From: Lytechinus pictus | Lineage: Eukaryota | Assembly: GCF_037042905.1 (NCBI RefSeq) | Contig: NC_087247.1 | Location: 17,422,001 to 17,486,000 of the forward strand | Reading direction: 5' to 3' | Length of the DNA: 64,000 nt | In this document: one piece after another, positions 38,616 to 63,840 of the stretch | Layout of the letters: each line of letters begins with the position of its first letter | Position numbering within the stretch: the stretch's first letter is position 1 | Made by a program: the position numbers and the translations under genes | The notes under the pieces: generated by a model | What the model saw: only the letters and a program-made list of their open reading frames with translations | Told to the model about the DNA's origin: nothing | The model's database searches: none

Positions 38616-38685
38616 ACGATAATATCGGGTAATATCTTTCAGCAAGGTGCCTTTAAGTTTGTTCCTGATCCAATCTTTTTGTCTG

Positions 38686-38691
38686 AATAAA
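38686..38691 (+). terminator. Candidate proximal polyadenylation signal of TRPM2
   Basis: AATAAA 70 nt after the stop codon; a longer 3' UTR cannot be excluded. Confidence 0.35.
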
Positions 38692-39580
38692 CTTTGAATT
38701 TTGATCGACTGGATTTTAGAATGAAACCTATGAATTATGACTACTTGAGGGAGAATTATATGACTTCATAGGCAAGCGGTCTTTTTTTTACACTTCCTAT
38801 TGATCTCACAATCAGTTCAAAATCACCAGGGTGTTTTTCATACCAATTGGCAAATTTCTTATTTCTAGACACATTTTCATTGACCTCCTTATGTTCCTGA
38901 TACCTAACTTTCAATTTAACATTAACTTCCAAGGTAAACACATTAATACATTTCTAAAAGTTACAATAAAATGGAGGTTGCAACTCGGTAAGCAGAGCTT
39001 GTGATTAGTGCACCGTGACATAGAGACAATAAAGACATAATACAAATACAAAGTACAAAATGCAGCAGTGAATCAAATTGATTACGTAGCCAATTTGAAT
39101 GAAAAAGTTGATGGAAAAACATCAAATGATTTACATAATGAGAAAACATTCAAGGGAAATGATATGTGACATTTATAGATGGGTGATCTACGTAGATAAG
39201 TGGTCTATTAAGACCTTGCCAGCTCCTGATGCCCATTGGTACAGTCTGGTTTGAATGACTTTTCAACATGTTACAGGTTATGAAGTGTAGAATATGAAAT
39301 ACCAATTGTAGAAATACTTAAATATATTTTTGTAGGACATGATTGCTCAGTATATTCTAAGTAGAAATAATAAGTTGGGAGAGATGTGCAATTTCTTTCA
39401 TAGACTGACTAAATCATAGTACTTGCCTTAGCTAGTACCAAATCAAGATTGTTTGATGTTGTGTATAGATCTATAATGTGTTTTAAACTGATTTGCTTTG
39501 ATAATCAAATGTTATTTAAAAGAGAAAGTGCATGTGTCACCATGTTGGCTTTTTTAAGCAGGAAAAATGAGAGAAATATA

Positions 39581-39975
39581 TTAAAGGGCAAATCCATCCT
39601 AACTCAAAGTTGTTTTCAATGAATAAAAAAATAATAATGATAAACAAGCATATTGCTGAAAATTTCTTTCAAATTTGATTTAAAATGAGAAAGTATTAAA
39701 GGAAAATTCAAATTTTTGCTTATTTTTCATAAAACAGTTATTAGTACATTACAGAGATATTCAAATGAGGCACTCACTATATCTTTTGTATTTTTATTAT
39801 ATGAATTATACAATATTTCAGTGTTTGCAAGTTTGACAATAAATGGACTCTTCATCAGTTCACAATAGATAACCAAAATGTTCAGGTTCTTTGATAGATA
39901 TTCGCTAAATCATTAATATCTTTTTGTAATTTTTCTGATTTTATCGAACCAATTTAAGGGTGGACTTATTCTTTA
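39581..39975. mobile_element. Degenerate TTAA MITE related to 497-909
   Basis: TTAAAGGGCAAATCCATCC ... GGGTGGACTTATTCTTTAA. Confidence 0.6.
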
Positions 39976-41403
39976 AACAAAATTATATGACTGGATATTT
40001 ATCATACACTAATGCTTTGACATATAGAAGAATATTCACTTTTTGTGTTTTATTTTTTAAATAAATTAATATCTGTGTGAATATGGTGTGATGTTCATTA
40101 TACTATATTGATATTCATTATACTATATGTTGATTTGAATAATAATATTTAAATCTAACATGTAGATTTATTTTTAAATACCTTTTAGGGCCTTTGAAAT
40201 ATCACAGCAGTGCCCAAGTGTGCCATACACTGCATGCTTATAATAAGCATTTATTTTGTGTGTTTTTTTTTGCAGACTTTTTAAGAGGATTATGACTCAT
40301 AGATTATTGCTTTGATTGTATTGTCCTAGGCAGGAAACAGGAACAGCCAATAATGAGTATTGTATGGGTAGCTGATACCTGATCAGTGCAGTCAGTTTTT
40401 CCTGGTACCATTGTACTTGTCACCTAGGGATGTATCTATTATCCCCCATCCTCAACACTGAACAACAAAAATACTTCACACAAATATTTTACAAATGGGG
40501 AAAGTAAAAATGATATGTTCACATTTGTTTTGCACAGTATGAAGGTGCAGATTAACAGCACATTATTTGATTATAAACACTAGTATTTATTTCATTAATT
40601 AGACAGACAAAATCACTAGTAAGACAGGATTAATGAAGATTCAACCAGACCAGACAGGGAGATACTATTTATTCATTCTTTAGATATATTCACAATCAAA
40701 ATTGACATATATAACAAAAGATATGCAATTTGTGTTACATTTTACTTAATCCTCACATACCTCATCTTAAATTTGTTTTTACATGTATATATTGCCAATA
40801 TACTCCTTTCTTTTGTAAGAAAATTTACCTGTATTTTTATGTTTTCTCTCCATTCAGTAATAATGCACTAGTTTAATGGATGCACTCAGTGGGTAAATGT
40901 GACACATTACTATTTGACAAGACATATCAAAATCAATCACAAACATGTTCATCACATCGATCTCAGTGAGCTTTACAATAAAATATTTATACAAAATTGT
41001 AATTGTAATATGTATATAGAGCCAACAGGTGGTGAGCTGCATAATATTTTTTTCTTCAAATTTATCATGAATTATTATGTCATTAAATATCGATCATGTA
41101 GATATCTTCCATTGACTGTATGTAGAGGCTGAAATACATATTATTATTGTGTTCACACCTATTGTTTGAGATTAAATTGACACCTAAAGAAACACATTTA
41201 TACTAATTTTGAATGTATATGAGAATCTGGAACAGAATATATACACAATAAATGAAGTTTCTGAGGATTTGCTTGATGAATTTTTGCATAAATTAGCATT
41301 TCTTTTAAAGGATAGAATGGACCAATTGTGGCTTTGAATTTAAGTGGTACCTTTGTACCGCATATACTGGAAAATACACTGAGTTGTTTCTGCAGTCAAG
41401 TTT

Positions 41404-41568
41404 CCAGGAGCCTGTTTCATAAAGGACTTGCAACTGTTGTAACTTTGCCATAAATGCAACTACCAGGGTAACAGGGCTCAGCAGCCAATCAGAATCAAGG
41501 ATACCGTGGTAGTTGCCATAATGGCAAAGTTACAACAGTTGTAAATTTTTTTATGAAACGGGCCCAGG
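41404..41568. mobile_element. Short palindromic MITE
   Basis: GCCTGTTTCATAAAG..CAACTGTTGTAACTTTGCCAT versus ATGGCAAAGTTACAACAGTTG..TTTATGAAACGGGC. Confidence 0.75.
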
Positions 41569-44326
41569 TCTATCTTGTACTATACAAGTGATATCATATA
41601 TGCTTGAATTGTGAAAATTAGCCTTTAAGCAGATTTTATTCTACATCAATATCTTTGCCTTTTCACTATCATTAGTTATAAAATAAAGTTATGTTAGCTA
41701 TAGTGTGCTTTATAGATGTACATGTATGTTAATATTTATCTTTATTGTACGTCTATGCATTACTATGTTTGGATAGTAAAATGACTGTATAGATCACGGT
41801 CTGCCTTAGCTATGGCATCATTTCCTCAGATCAACCCTGCAATTTTATTAAGTAGCTTTAAACATTTCCCTTAAAATCATTTATTAGATGAGATTCTTCA
41901 ACTCCAATTTAATTTTATGCAAATATTAATGTTTTACCAGATTGATTCTTTTTTTTGTCTATTGTTCTGAAATATGTGATATAACTTGCAGATATCATAT
42001 TATATTTATTTTAACACAGGTTTATGTAAATACAAATATGGTGTAAGTTTGTTTGGTCGTGTTTTTTTGGATTTCATATAAGAAATAGTAGAATTTAAAT
42101 GTTCATGTCAATATACTGTATGAAAGAATACTGCAAGAGATATTGAAAAACTGATGATAGTGCTACTCAGTAATTTTTCAAAGATTTCAGAAAGAGTTAT
42201 GAGTTTATGATCCCTCTTATTTCTTACAATGACAAATCTGATGAATATGAATCTTTATAACTTACGAGACTGATAAATGTAGATTCTGTATTTTACTACT
42301 AATGTGTGACTATCATTAATCATGCAAGTTTAAATAAAATATGTTTCATTTAAAGAAGAATTTATAAAACAGAAGATTAGTTGAACTATTATGAATATCA
42401 AAAAATATTTGTGTTTATGTCATCATAAGGCTGGTACACATTTTTACCTGCTATGATTGATACTACTGTTAATCAGTTGATAATGTGAAGTTACTTTGAT
42501 GACCATGTTGTTGGTCATACAGGGAAATGAGAGAAAATTAGATATTTTTCTTTTCTGATTACCAATGATGCATCAAAAGAATATTACAGTATCTTTGTAA
42601 TCATGATTATTCTGAAAAGAAATTTGTTGTGTGATGAAGTTTTACCAATTAGAATCATGATATTATCATAGAAGAATAGCGTGTAAGATTGAAATAGAAT
42701 TTGAATGAAAATAATCCCTTTTGAAAAACAGTGTGTTGTTAACAAAAGCAGAAAACAAAAATATGTCAGTGAATTGAAAAAAAATAGAAATTCAAACCTC
42801 CAAATTGATATGAATCATTTATGAAAATGCGATATTCTCAAGAATCTTGCTATGATCAAGATGCTATAATGCAGTCGTTGCCTGATGTTGAGCGTCTTTA
42901 TGTCTCTTGGGAAAATATGACATCTGTATTGCAAGTCAACTAATTTTGCTGAATTTATTACACATATTATATTACAAGCAGGATGGGGATCTTCCAAGAT
43001 GTGTGAAAATCAAATGTGTCCATGTGTTATATTTTCCCAAAGAAAAATATTTTACAGACATGATTTTTGTTTTTGACATCGTGACATTTTTAAAAGATAA
43101 TTTCTTGTCCATGTATTTCTAACTTTCCATGTTTAACCGATATCTGCTCCTGTGAAATAGCATCCGATTTAGGGTTTAATTTATTCTTCCTCAGTAGAAA
43201 ACCATGCAGATACAGATATTACAAGAGTATCCTATATTTACAGTACTCAATGGACCTACAAGTGAAGGGAAATGATGTAGAATATTTGTTTCTTGTTATA
43301 GACAAAAAGAGACATTATACATTTTTATATTGTAAGCAATTAATAATAGAAATTAGTAAAGATGAGATAAGGTATTTTTTTAATATATATTGTACATGTA
43401 CAATTTATACTTATCAATGTTATAGAGATATTAGTAAACATTAGTTTTTTTTTAGTGTGTGGTATTATCAATTCCTTTATGGAAAGTCTTTCAGAAGCAA
43501 ACCCCTATGGATTGACAAAGTGCATAAGAAAATGTAAATACCTTAAATCAGTACAATCATGGTTTGATTTTCAGATTGAATTTTATTAAAAAGGAATTGT
43601 TTTTGTATACTGAGATCATGGTTAATCCATCCAATTTATAGAAGATTTAGCCTTAGCATCAAGTGCATTAATTGAGTCTTTCGCTAAGCAATCAAATCTT
43701 GATGTGCAAATGAAGCTGCTGTATCCATTCAGTGCTTATTTGATTTACACTGTATCATGTTTTGAAATTTTTTCCTCATAATTATGAATAGAATCATACA
43801 CAACCTGGTATTTTTATTTGCCAATTTTGTTCCACTCACGTAATTCTAATTTCCTTATGCTGGAGAAATATGTATATGTATTAATTGTACTATTTTATTC
43901 ATTCCTGCATATAAGAGAATACTTTCAATAGAATATGTTCATAGTAGAAATTTTATTTTTGTTTTTTCACCCTAGAAACCTGCTGAAAATTGTAACAAAC
44001 AGTCATGTTTATACCTGTAATATCATAATTTTCTATTGAATTACAGTGAATTTTGTAAACAAGTGTGTATGTAAATTAAAATTATTAAAACAAAGGTTTT
44101 GCTATTTGAATATCTTTTCTTTGTCTGATTTCTCTATTTTACAGAAAATTATATGGCTGTTTAGAATATATCCCTTTGTTGTACATTCTAATGTCTCTAA
44201 GACTCTTCTGTCTAAACTTAAGGTAGACAGGTTGTTGATGAAAGTGCCAGTTATGTTGATTCTGGTGCTGACAGTATTTCAAAATTTTCTCGATATTCTA
44301 TTATTATATGGTTGCAGTATGGATGA

Positions 44327-44676
44327 AAGGGAAAGTTCACCCTAGCTTGAAGTTTGGTTTTAATAAAAACAGAAACATGTTTGTGAAGATTAACAGTTTG
44401 AATTGTCACATGCTAACAGCTACCCCATCGGTCCTGTGATAAAGATTTCCTAATATGAAAATTTTCTCGAAAAATCAAAACTAATTCATATTATATTCAT
44501 TATATATTATACCCACTTTGGTAAGAAAGTTGGTTTTTTTTCAGTTATGAACCATTACAAACTGGGAATAATGGAATATACTTCATAGCATAATGGGCAC
44601 TGCTTGCAAATTACATCACATTTTATTTGGATTTTTATCAAATCTTCACTATTTTTTTTTCTGGTGAACTCTCCCT
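44327..44676. mobile_element. TTAA-target MITE abutting the next element
   Basis: AAGGGAAAGTTCACC ... GGTGAACTCTCCCT|TTAA. Confidence 0.6.
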
Positions 44677-44680
44677 TTAA

Positions 44681-45271
44681 AGGGGAATCAAACCCAAACA
44701 AACTTGTTTTTAGAGGAAAAGGAAAATCAGACAAGTTGATTGGTGAAAGTTTGAACTTCACCAAACAAACCATAAGAAAGTTATGAATTTTCATAAGCGG
44801 TGACTATTGTTAATCACTAATAACCATGGAGACTTCAAATTGGCCGCATATGTGATGTCATAGTGATGCAAGGCAAGGACTACTCTTCCATGTACTCCAA
44901 TACATAAAATGGCTAAAATGACATTTTTTTCGAAAGTTGTACTTCAAATTATATTTTTCTTTCATGAGGACATAAATAATACTACCTGTGATATATTTAG
45001 ATTACTGCCCCAGGGGAATGTGTACTTAGAAGAAAACAACAGATCACCGATAATAAAGTACATGGCCTATGGGAAAGTTGTCCTTGCCCCTTGTCATACC
45101 GGTAATTTACTTACCCAGTTGCCAATTTGAAATCTACATAGTCTTAGGGATCTCAATTTTAAAACGGCCATAACTTTCTTATTGCTTGTCCGATTGTTTC
45201 AAACTTTTACAATTGTTTTACTTATTTTTCTCCTTTCAAACAACATTTTATGACCAAGGCTGGATTTCCCT
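44681..45271. mobile_element. TTAA-target MITE (Kolobok-like)
   Basis: TTAA 44677-44680 and 45272-45275; TIRs AGGGGAATC / GATTTCCCT; same family as 31713-32291. Confidence 0.85.
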
Positions 45272-47434
45272 TTAAAGAAGCAACAAGATGACAGATAAAT
45301 GGATAGAAAGCAAGGCTTCCACCTCTGGAAATACCCCTTGTATTATGTAATTGCCCCCAACACTATTTTACAATTGGGATTTCTTTCCCCTTTGCTCACC
45401 CCTGGACTCAATACTATACCCGGACTATTCTTTCATCATTCTGTTCCTTCGCTTTCTCCTTCATCATCGTCTTCTTCATCAGCTTTATCTCTCAATCATT
45501 TCCTTTAATCCCCTTCATTTATCGTCTTTATAATCGTATTCGTTGCCAAAGTCAACCTCTTCATCAACACCACCATCAACACCATCTTCAGTAGCTTAGT
45601 CATTCTTTTTTCTAATATTGCCAATGGTTCGCTTTTGGAAGAAAGCATATGGTTGCAGGTTACTTTCAAAAGGGGTATATGAAAATACTGAAATACTGAG
45701 CAGTGATGTCACAAAATATATGTATACAAAGAGCATCTCTGGAAAAAAATGAAAATTTCTGATGCTCTGTCATATCATCACAAATATGATAGAAAAGGGA
45801 GCTTAGAATAAAGTTCCTTTATTCTGCTATAAAAATTTCAATACTACTTCATGCACGAATGGGTAAAAGTTCGAAGGATGCCATTTGTGCAAAGAAATTT
45901 CAAGCATTTATCTAATATGGAATTTTTTTCGAGACAATTTCCTTTTTGAAATTAAGATATTGACTGCCAAGTAACTTTTAGGTATCCTGTTTTTTTTTTC
46001 AGTTTCACTCGCTTGAGCTTGTCATACAAGTTTATCAAATGAATTGGACTAAACTTGAAAAGGATTCTCATTTTTTTTGGTGGGGGGGGGGGGGGGGCCT
46101 GTATACACATATGATTCAAACAAAATAAAATGAAGTCCTGTTTGGTTACAGACATGGATCATAACAGACATTTAATTCAGCTAAGTATGATATCAAGTGT
46201 AGATTCTGCTGGTATTTCGGTAACATAGGTACATATTTATGTAGATCTTATTTTTGAAACAGATACATGGATGTATTCCATTTTGATAACTTTATTTATT
46301 CACGAGAAACAGTAAGGAATGACAGAATTAGTACGACATAAATATTCAGAAAAGGGCAGGTAATGCCTTGAAACAAGGAAAAATAATGAAGTCAAAATTC
46401 TCTTACATTGATGATTGTCTAGTAGAACATACTTGATACGCCTACTTGATACATATATTTAAAACAAAATAAATACCGACAGGAAATTGATACATACATG
46501 TAACTTACAGCTTTTGAAATAGGCAACATGATTTGTGTAGACAAGGTATTGTATGCCAAAGAACCATATTACATCACACACTTTGATAGGAATGGGCAAA
46601 AAACCCTCATAAATAAGCAGTAATACCATTCAATGTTTCCTAGATAGAAAGTCATATTGTATATCAATGTACACAAAAATAAATCACACATTCTAATATT
46701 GGAATGAGGCGAATCTAAAGACTTCCATTAGGGGCATTTCTCCAAAATCTTTTGAACATACATGCACAGGCAGTCATTTGCATGAATATCTTAATGCATA
46801 CAAACATTTGACCTCACTTTTTGCTCCTGTTAATAATCACGGTAGACAAAAGGAAATAAACATACCCTGAGAAAAAAAGCACAACCATCTCCAATACTTT
46901 TTTTTAAATGAAAGAGTCACGTATAAACATGAGGTATTCAGCTGTCATACAATACAATATCTGAGAAGTTTTAATGGATCATGGTGCTGCTTCGAAATAG
47001 GAAAGATTTTGTGTGATTCTTAAAATCTTTCACCCCCCAATTTTATTTTAATGTAAAGAACTTGGAGTATTTTGATATTGATAATCAATTGATAAAAGCA
47101 ATGAAAGACAGTACACACAATGAAACTTCTCCTGTAATGAATCCCACTGTTTGATTGTTGAGCTAACTTTGATGGATTTGGATCATTTTTGAAAACTCAC
47201 AAGGTGATAGAACTAGGGAATGAAATCTGGATAGTGCTTCCACTGTTCACTAATACCAAAAGCCTTAAAATAATTTGTCTTTGATTTCATATATTAGTAA
47301 TTGAACTAGTGTCTATCAGGTGATTAGATATACTCATTGAACGGACGAACATTAAGCACAATACATATGTGAATATATTTTGCCATTTTATGATGGCAAA
47401 GTCGCATGCCTGTTCTGTTTTTCTGGCCATGTAT

Positions 47435-58219
<10,785 letters not shown>

Positions 58220-60664
58220 GTTTGGTTTTAGTTATCTGTAATGACACAAACAATTAACATATAGGTATAAATGATAATTAAACTGAGAAACAGTGGATTG
58301 CCTCGGCAGTCTTGACTGAATTATGTGATTCAATATAGCAAAGGTGCTCACTTTGATAACTATCAGAATATTATTCACAAAGAAAACATTTATATAATGA
58401 AATATGTTCATTGACCCAAAATGACCTTTGACCTTGATCATGTGATCTCAGACTTGTGCAAAACAATCGGTGATATTTGATTACTCTTCATGTCTATGTT
58501 TCATGAACAAGATCCATAAACTTTAGTTATGATGGCAATTCAACAAATACCCCTACCCCCTACATGGCCAAAGTTTGTTGACCCTAAATGACCTTTGACC
58601 TTGGTCATGTGACCTGAAGCTCACATAAGATGTTCAGAGATACTTGATTTCTCTTATGTCTAAGGTTCATGGACTAGATCCATCACAAACTGACCTGATT
58701 AGGGATATTTTGAGAACTTTATGGAATACATGGAAATATACCTGACAAATCAAATTTTGCGAGAGTGCAGCGCAAGCAGAAAATTTTAATATTCAGACCA
58801 TAAAACATAAATTTTTAGAGCACTTTTTAAAAATCAATTTGTAAATCAAACATAATGAAAGTTCGATTTCCAAGCTGAAATATTTTGTATATTGACTTCA
58901 AAATTTGATATTTATCATATTTTTTTATTTTCAATAATTCAAGCTCTATATTGGGCAGGATATTTAAATCACCTTAAAAGGCAATGCGAGCACGAGCAAA
59001 TTAAAAAAAATTACATTTAGGGTCTGTCTAACGTTAGTGACATCAAATTTTTTTTATTACCCCCCCCCGCGGGGCGTAATTTCTCGCTCCAGAGAGCGCC
59101 CATCATGATCTACTCAACCGGTCAGAGCAGCGAGCTCGATCAGCGAGGAGCCCTAATGTCGGCCCGCTGAAGCTCCCCACACCCGCAGCTAGCTTGCGCT
59201 GGCCCAATATGAATCTAGCAAGTCGCGCATGTTTTTTACAATGCCGCTACCGATTACCCCTACGATCTAATGAGTTCAGGAGACCCCTGTTTCTGTTGTG
59301 GTCCATTCCAGAGCATTGCACTTTTAATCGTTGATCCAAGAGCCACTCCGAAAACCCTCATTTTAAGGCCAAGATTAAGTTCCAGAGCCCCCTATTTTCG
59401 AGTTGGCTAGATCTAACGTTACAATCATGTTAATTCAAGTCCCCCCCCCCCCACGGTCTTCCCCTCATCTTATTTTATTCACTCATTTTTCTCCTTTTAC
59501 ATGTTTTATGTTTAGTCTAGGCCTACCTTTCTTTTTTTCTCCTCTCTTTTCCTTTCCCCCTTTTTTTTTGTGCTCCGCCAACAGAGCCCCAATTTGGAAA
59601 AATTTGGAAGCGAAGTTTCATCAATTTTAGTACAAAATGTTAGGAATTATTATAGAGAACAAAATAGAAAGATGATTACAACTATTGAATTCATATTTTT
59701 AGTGTAGCCTAATCCAAAGTCAAAGACAAAAAAGAAGGCTTAAAAAATATAGAGTGTCCGGACACCCGACCCCCCATCCTACTCGGTACGGTAGTACTCC
59801 TACTAGTCCTACTGAACGAAGTCATGTCATGACTCTGTTCTGTATTCAGTTCCGAATTCCTTCTCTTTTTCGTGACAGACAGTCGGAGTCCTCATGTCAT
59901 AAAGAAAATAAATTAAAACTTACACTTAGTTACACTACACTTGTCTACAGTTAACTTAACGTTACTACTTACAGTACTATTAATGAGTATAGTGAGTGAT
60001 TGTATTACCGACCGGCCTTGTATTACCGAACGCGCGCATCATACGCATCAGAAAAAAATTCATACATTCAAAATTTCGCAACATCCTTCCAAAGAGATCT
60101 TGAATAGAAAAGTGATGAAAATGGTCAAAAACACATTTTCAAAGTCTTAATATTCTAAAAACAATAAAATATGGTCAAAATAGCTCATCAGTGATTTTGT
60201 TGTTTTCTCAACTTTTCCCATAGAAAACACACGTTCGGTAATACGATACCTTTTTCAAGTGACCAAAATATTTCACATGCCGGGAAGAGGGGTCCGATTG
60301 GAAGCAAAAATCGTAAAAAGGAAAAACGATTTCGGCAAAAATTTTACATACCGGGTATTTATATTTTGTACGTAATTGTGTATTTATGGTGAAAGTTTGG
60401 TGACTTATGACTATGAGAATAATGTGCTTGATATGATTGATCATAGACCAAAAGCTTCAGTCTCTGTATTTTGGTTGTTCCGCTGAACTACGTTGGCTCC
60501 ACTCACCATACATAGACTGAAGGGGATGGGGCCCCGTACCTACAGCCAACGTATAGTGAACTAGCGTTTTATAGATCGCGATTTAAAACTGTTTTTTAAG
60601 CAAAATTGAAAGTTTCATGGTTTCCATTATCAGGGAAATATAAATAAATTAAGTAATTGCATAC

Positions 60665-60780
60665 CTTGGGCCGGAGTTATTGAAAAAAATCCTCTGGATG
60701 ATTGAGAAATCTGTCATCTAAGACATTTTCACCTGACCTGACGGTTTTTCTTGCAAGTTGCCATCTTGAATGACGTCATT
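60665..60780 (-). promoter_or_regulatory. Candidate proximal Hsc70 first exon/promoter (CRE plus YY1 motif)
   Basis: TGACGTCA 60771-60778; minus-strand AAGATGGC at 60760-60767; donor AAG|GTATGC at 60664. Confidence 0.4.
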
Positions 60781-61592
60781 ATCGTTATTAACTTAATGTC
60801 TCGAATCGATATATCGCGATTATAACTAGTACTAGTACTAGTATAACTAGTATCGTTTATCTTCGGTTTCGTTCGCATATGGAGCAGATCGTATAATATC
60901 GAAAGCAATATCGATATCACATTCGTGATTGTTGACGTTCGTTTGTAAATATTTTATAGTTTGGCTGCCATTTTGACCATTTTTATCGTGTTCAACCCAA
61001 TTAAACATCGGTAAAGTATATTTTTCATGCCTTTTTCATCTATATCGTTTAAAGTATTTAAACAGTGAAATATAAAGTTTTAAAAGTTTGTTGTTTATAC
61101 ATCCTTAGATTGTAAATTCGATGTGTAAAATTACATCAAACTTTGGACTGTGAATTGACAAAAAAAGGGAGGGAATGAGAACACATGCGAGCCCACACTT
61201 ACACCCTACCGTCGGTAAATGGGGATTACAGTAAAATGTCAGAAATTGTTGAATAAATCCCCAGAAACGACGGTTATTCCTGTCTAGATTGATCATTGAA
61301 TTCATGAAAAGTGTTTGGTAATACGATCCACTACCATACTATCGACTATTACTTACTCGACTTACTTTAAATTAATACTTAGTTAACTCAAATAACTGTA
61401 ACTAAGTTACTTAGTTAGTTAAGTTTCTCCGTCTTACAACAGATTTAATAATAAAAGTTAAAACTCCACTTGCCTTCGCTTCAATGACTTGTAAAAACAA
61501 AAACTCAAGACTTCTCTGCTCCCAGTTGGTCCCGCGTGCTCTTTTCTTCCCGTTGCTTGCTTAAAATGCGAATTCACACGTGTATCACTCAC

Positions 61593-61775
61593 GTACCGGT
61601 CACCAACGTCACCTCGCCTAGCTCGCTGCACTGCACTGTAATCTGTCTACGGACGTGGCATATTGTACCGGTAGTTTAGAAAGATCTAGAAAGACCATTA
61701 TGTAAGATCCGAGACCATCACGTGACCATAGCACGTGACTAAGGAAGGTGCCGCACGCGGTAAATTACCAATCGT
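61593..61775 (-). promoter_or_regulatory. Candidate distal Hsc70 promoter/first exon with HSE, E-boxes and CCAAT
   Basis: HSE-like aGAAa-gaTCt-aGAAa 61678-61692; TCACGTGAC 61718-61726 and GCACGTGAC 61731-61739; CCAAT 61768-61772; minus-strand donor GTGAGT at 61592-61587; CpG-rich. Confidence 0.55.
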
Positions 61776-61872
61776 TGTTTGGATAACCGGCCCTATGGCT
61801 AGGCTATGATGCCCTATCTATTGAGGACTGGGGGGGGGGGGGGGCATAATGGAGCCCTTCTGATCTCGGCCG

Positions 61873-62993
61873 CCGGCGTAATTTGTATTTACACCACTGC
61901 TCCGCCAAAATTCCTAGAAATTCGAAAGAAACTGCTCGCGGGCAAGTCTAATCTGTGCGCTCAAGCAAAGCTCTCGGATCGTTCTCGCGTTAGATTTGGG
62001 TTAAATTCTCCTTTGCAAGTTGAATTTATATCCAAAACCAATCACCCTGTTACCACATTATTTTCTAAAGGTTATTGTTGATATTACGAAAAAGGGTTCC
62101 AAAAACCATTTGAGTTTGTAACAGAGCTGATATGTGATTTTGTATTGAAAATGAATATGTACAAGATATTGTCTAGTGATGTTGAGCCAATTAAGTGCTG
62201 AAAGAATGTGTGAGGGTCCTTGTTATGCACAACTAAGCTTGGTATAGTGCACTTGTTGGACAAAGTTCAGTAGTAGCTGTGATAAATGACTGAGAAAGAT
62301 GAAAAAAGAGGGGAAAGGGGTTGGGAGTGAGAAGGAATGATAAAAACGTTTGAGGAAAATTGGACAACTAAAAGAAAGTTATGAAATTTTAATCATGAAA
62401 ACCTGCACAAGACAAATTGCCAATTTTATGAAGTCATGGATGCACCACTAACCATTTGTTTTGTTTACAAATGTATTTATACTGCAAAATTCTTTATTTT
62501 ACCAATCACATGATTTTTTTTTCAGAACTCTAATCAAGTTCGTCGCCCAAATAAAGTAAAGGAGAATGCTGGAGAGAGCGAGAGAGAGAGGATGAGTGCT
62601 GAAGAGATGAGGGGAAAATTTTAAACGAAGAGAATAGATAGTCGAGTCTGCAGCTATAAGAACCCTAGTTCATTGTTCAATGCATCTGCATGAATATCTG
62701 GAGGTGCCATAACTGCGAACAAAATGATCATACGATTCCTACACATGTAGGAATTAATATGTAATGCAAGCGGATTAGGTCCCAACAAACTCAACGCTTT
62801 TTAAAAGCTGCATATCTTATTCATATATTGAAATAAGGTTTGTTTTGAATAAGTAAGTTAAATCATGGACCGACTACGGTTAAATCAAGGAGATACGAAC
62901 GTGTGGCCAACGTGTTAGACTCTGGCGCGAGCCGTTTCTATGGCGTTTTTCAATATTTTGGCGGAGCAGTGGTGTAAATAAAAAATACGCCGG
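61873..62993. mobile_element. Non-autonomous DNA transposon with long imperfect TIRs
   Basis: CCGGCGTAATTTGTATTTACACCACTGCTCCGCCAAAAT (from 61873) is the near reverse complement of 62955-62993; similarity continues about 100 bp inward; no clear TSD. Confidence 0.7.
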
Positions 62994-63840
62994 TGTAGCG
63001 GCGGATTCGGTTCCACCGGCGGATACTACCGTATCCGCCGGCAGATATCGTTCTGAATGGCCGATATCGTTTTTAATCGGAACCATATCCGCCGGGTTTG
63101 ACGCGGCTTGATGTTTGCAGATTTGGTTCCTCGGCGGATTTGGTTCTATTGACGATACGTGTAATATTTATTTGGACAGACGTCCAACCTCGGCAGCGCG
63201 CGCATGCGCGGCTCTGGCAATGTCGTTACCAATGGGGGGAGGGGATTTTCGTCCGCCTTTAGACTTTTAGTGAATTTTTATTCAGGGGCGGATCCATACC
63301 GCTTTTGACGAAGGGCTCGATGGGGGTGAGGGAATAGGAGAAACAATGACTCGATATATCATGTATACATAGACCTGGCACATGCGCCATGCAAAACTTT
63401 GCTATTTATTATTATCAGATTTTGATGAAATTTTCATCATTTTGTTTTGTAGGCCCTACGCGTGAAAATTTATACTACTTTAAGTCCGCAGTATGCATCG
63501 AAATCTTTAACTGTGCTTTTTCACACCATGATTAGTGTAAGTTTGCCAGACTGGCGAAAATTTGTACCCCCATATAGGCCTATAGTTTTTATAAAACTAC
63601 AGATTTTCAACGAGTTAAAACTTCATAATTTCAAAATAAATGAGGCAAATTAGTTTATGAATATATATTGCTGTTAACTCATATTATTGCTTGTAGAGTG
63701 CTAATTTTTTGTGAAAACATTTAAAAAAAGAATTTCAAAACATGATTAATATCTTATGTAGTTTATTGTAGGCCTATTTTTAATTTGTTTTTTTTTTATT
63801 CCTTTTTTTTTCAATATTTTTGTTAAGGAATCTGAATTAA

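Noticed and set aside
39000-46900. Short ORFs between the two genes
   Set aside because: AT-rich UTR/intergenic and MITE sequence with no recognisable domains or coherent splice chain.
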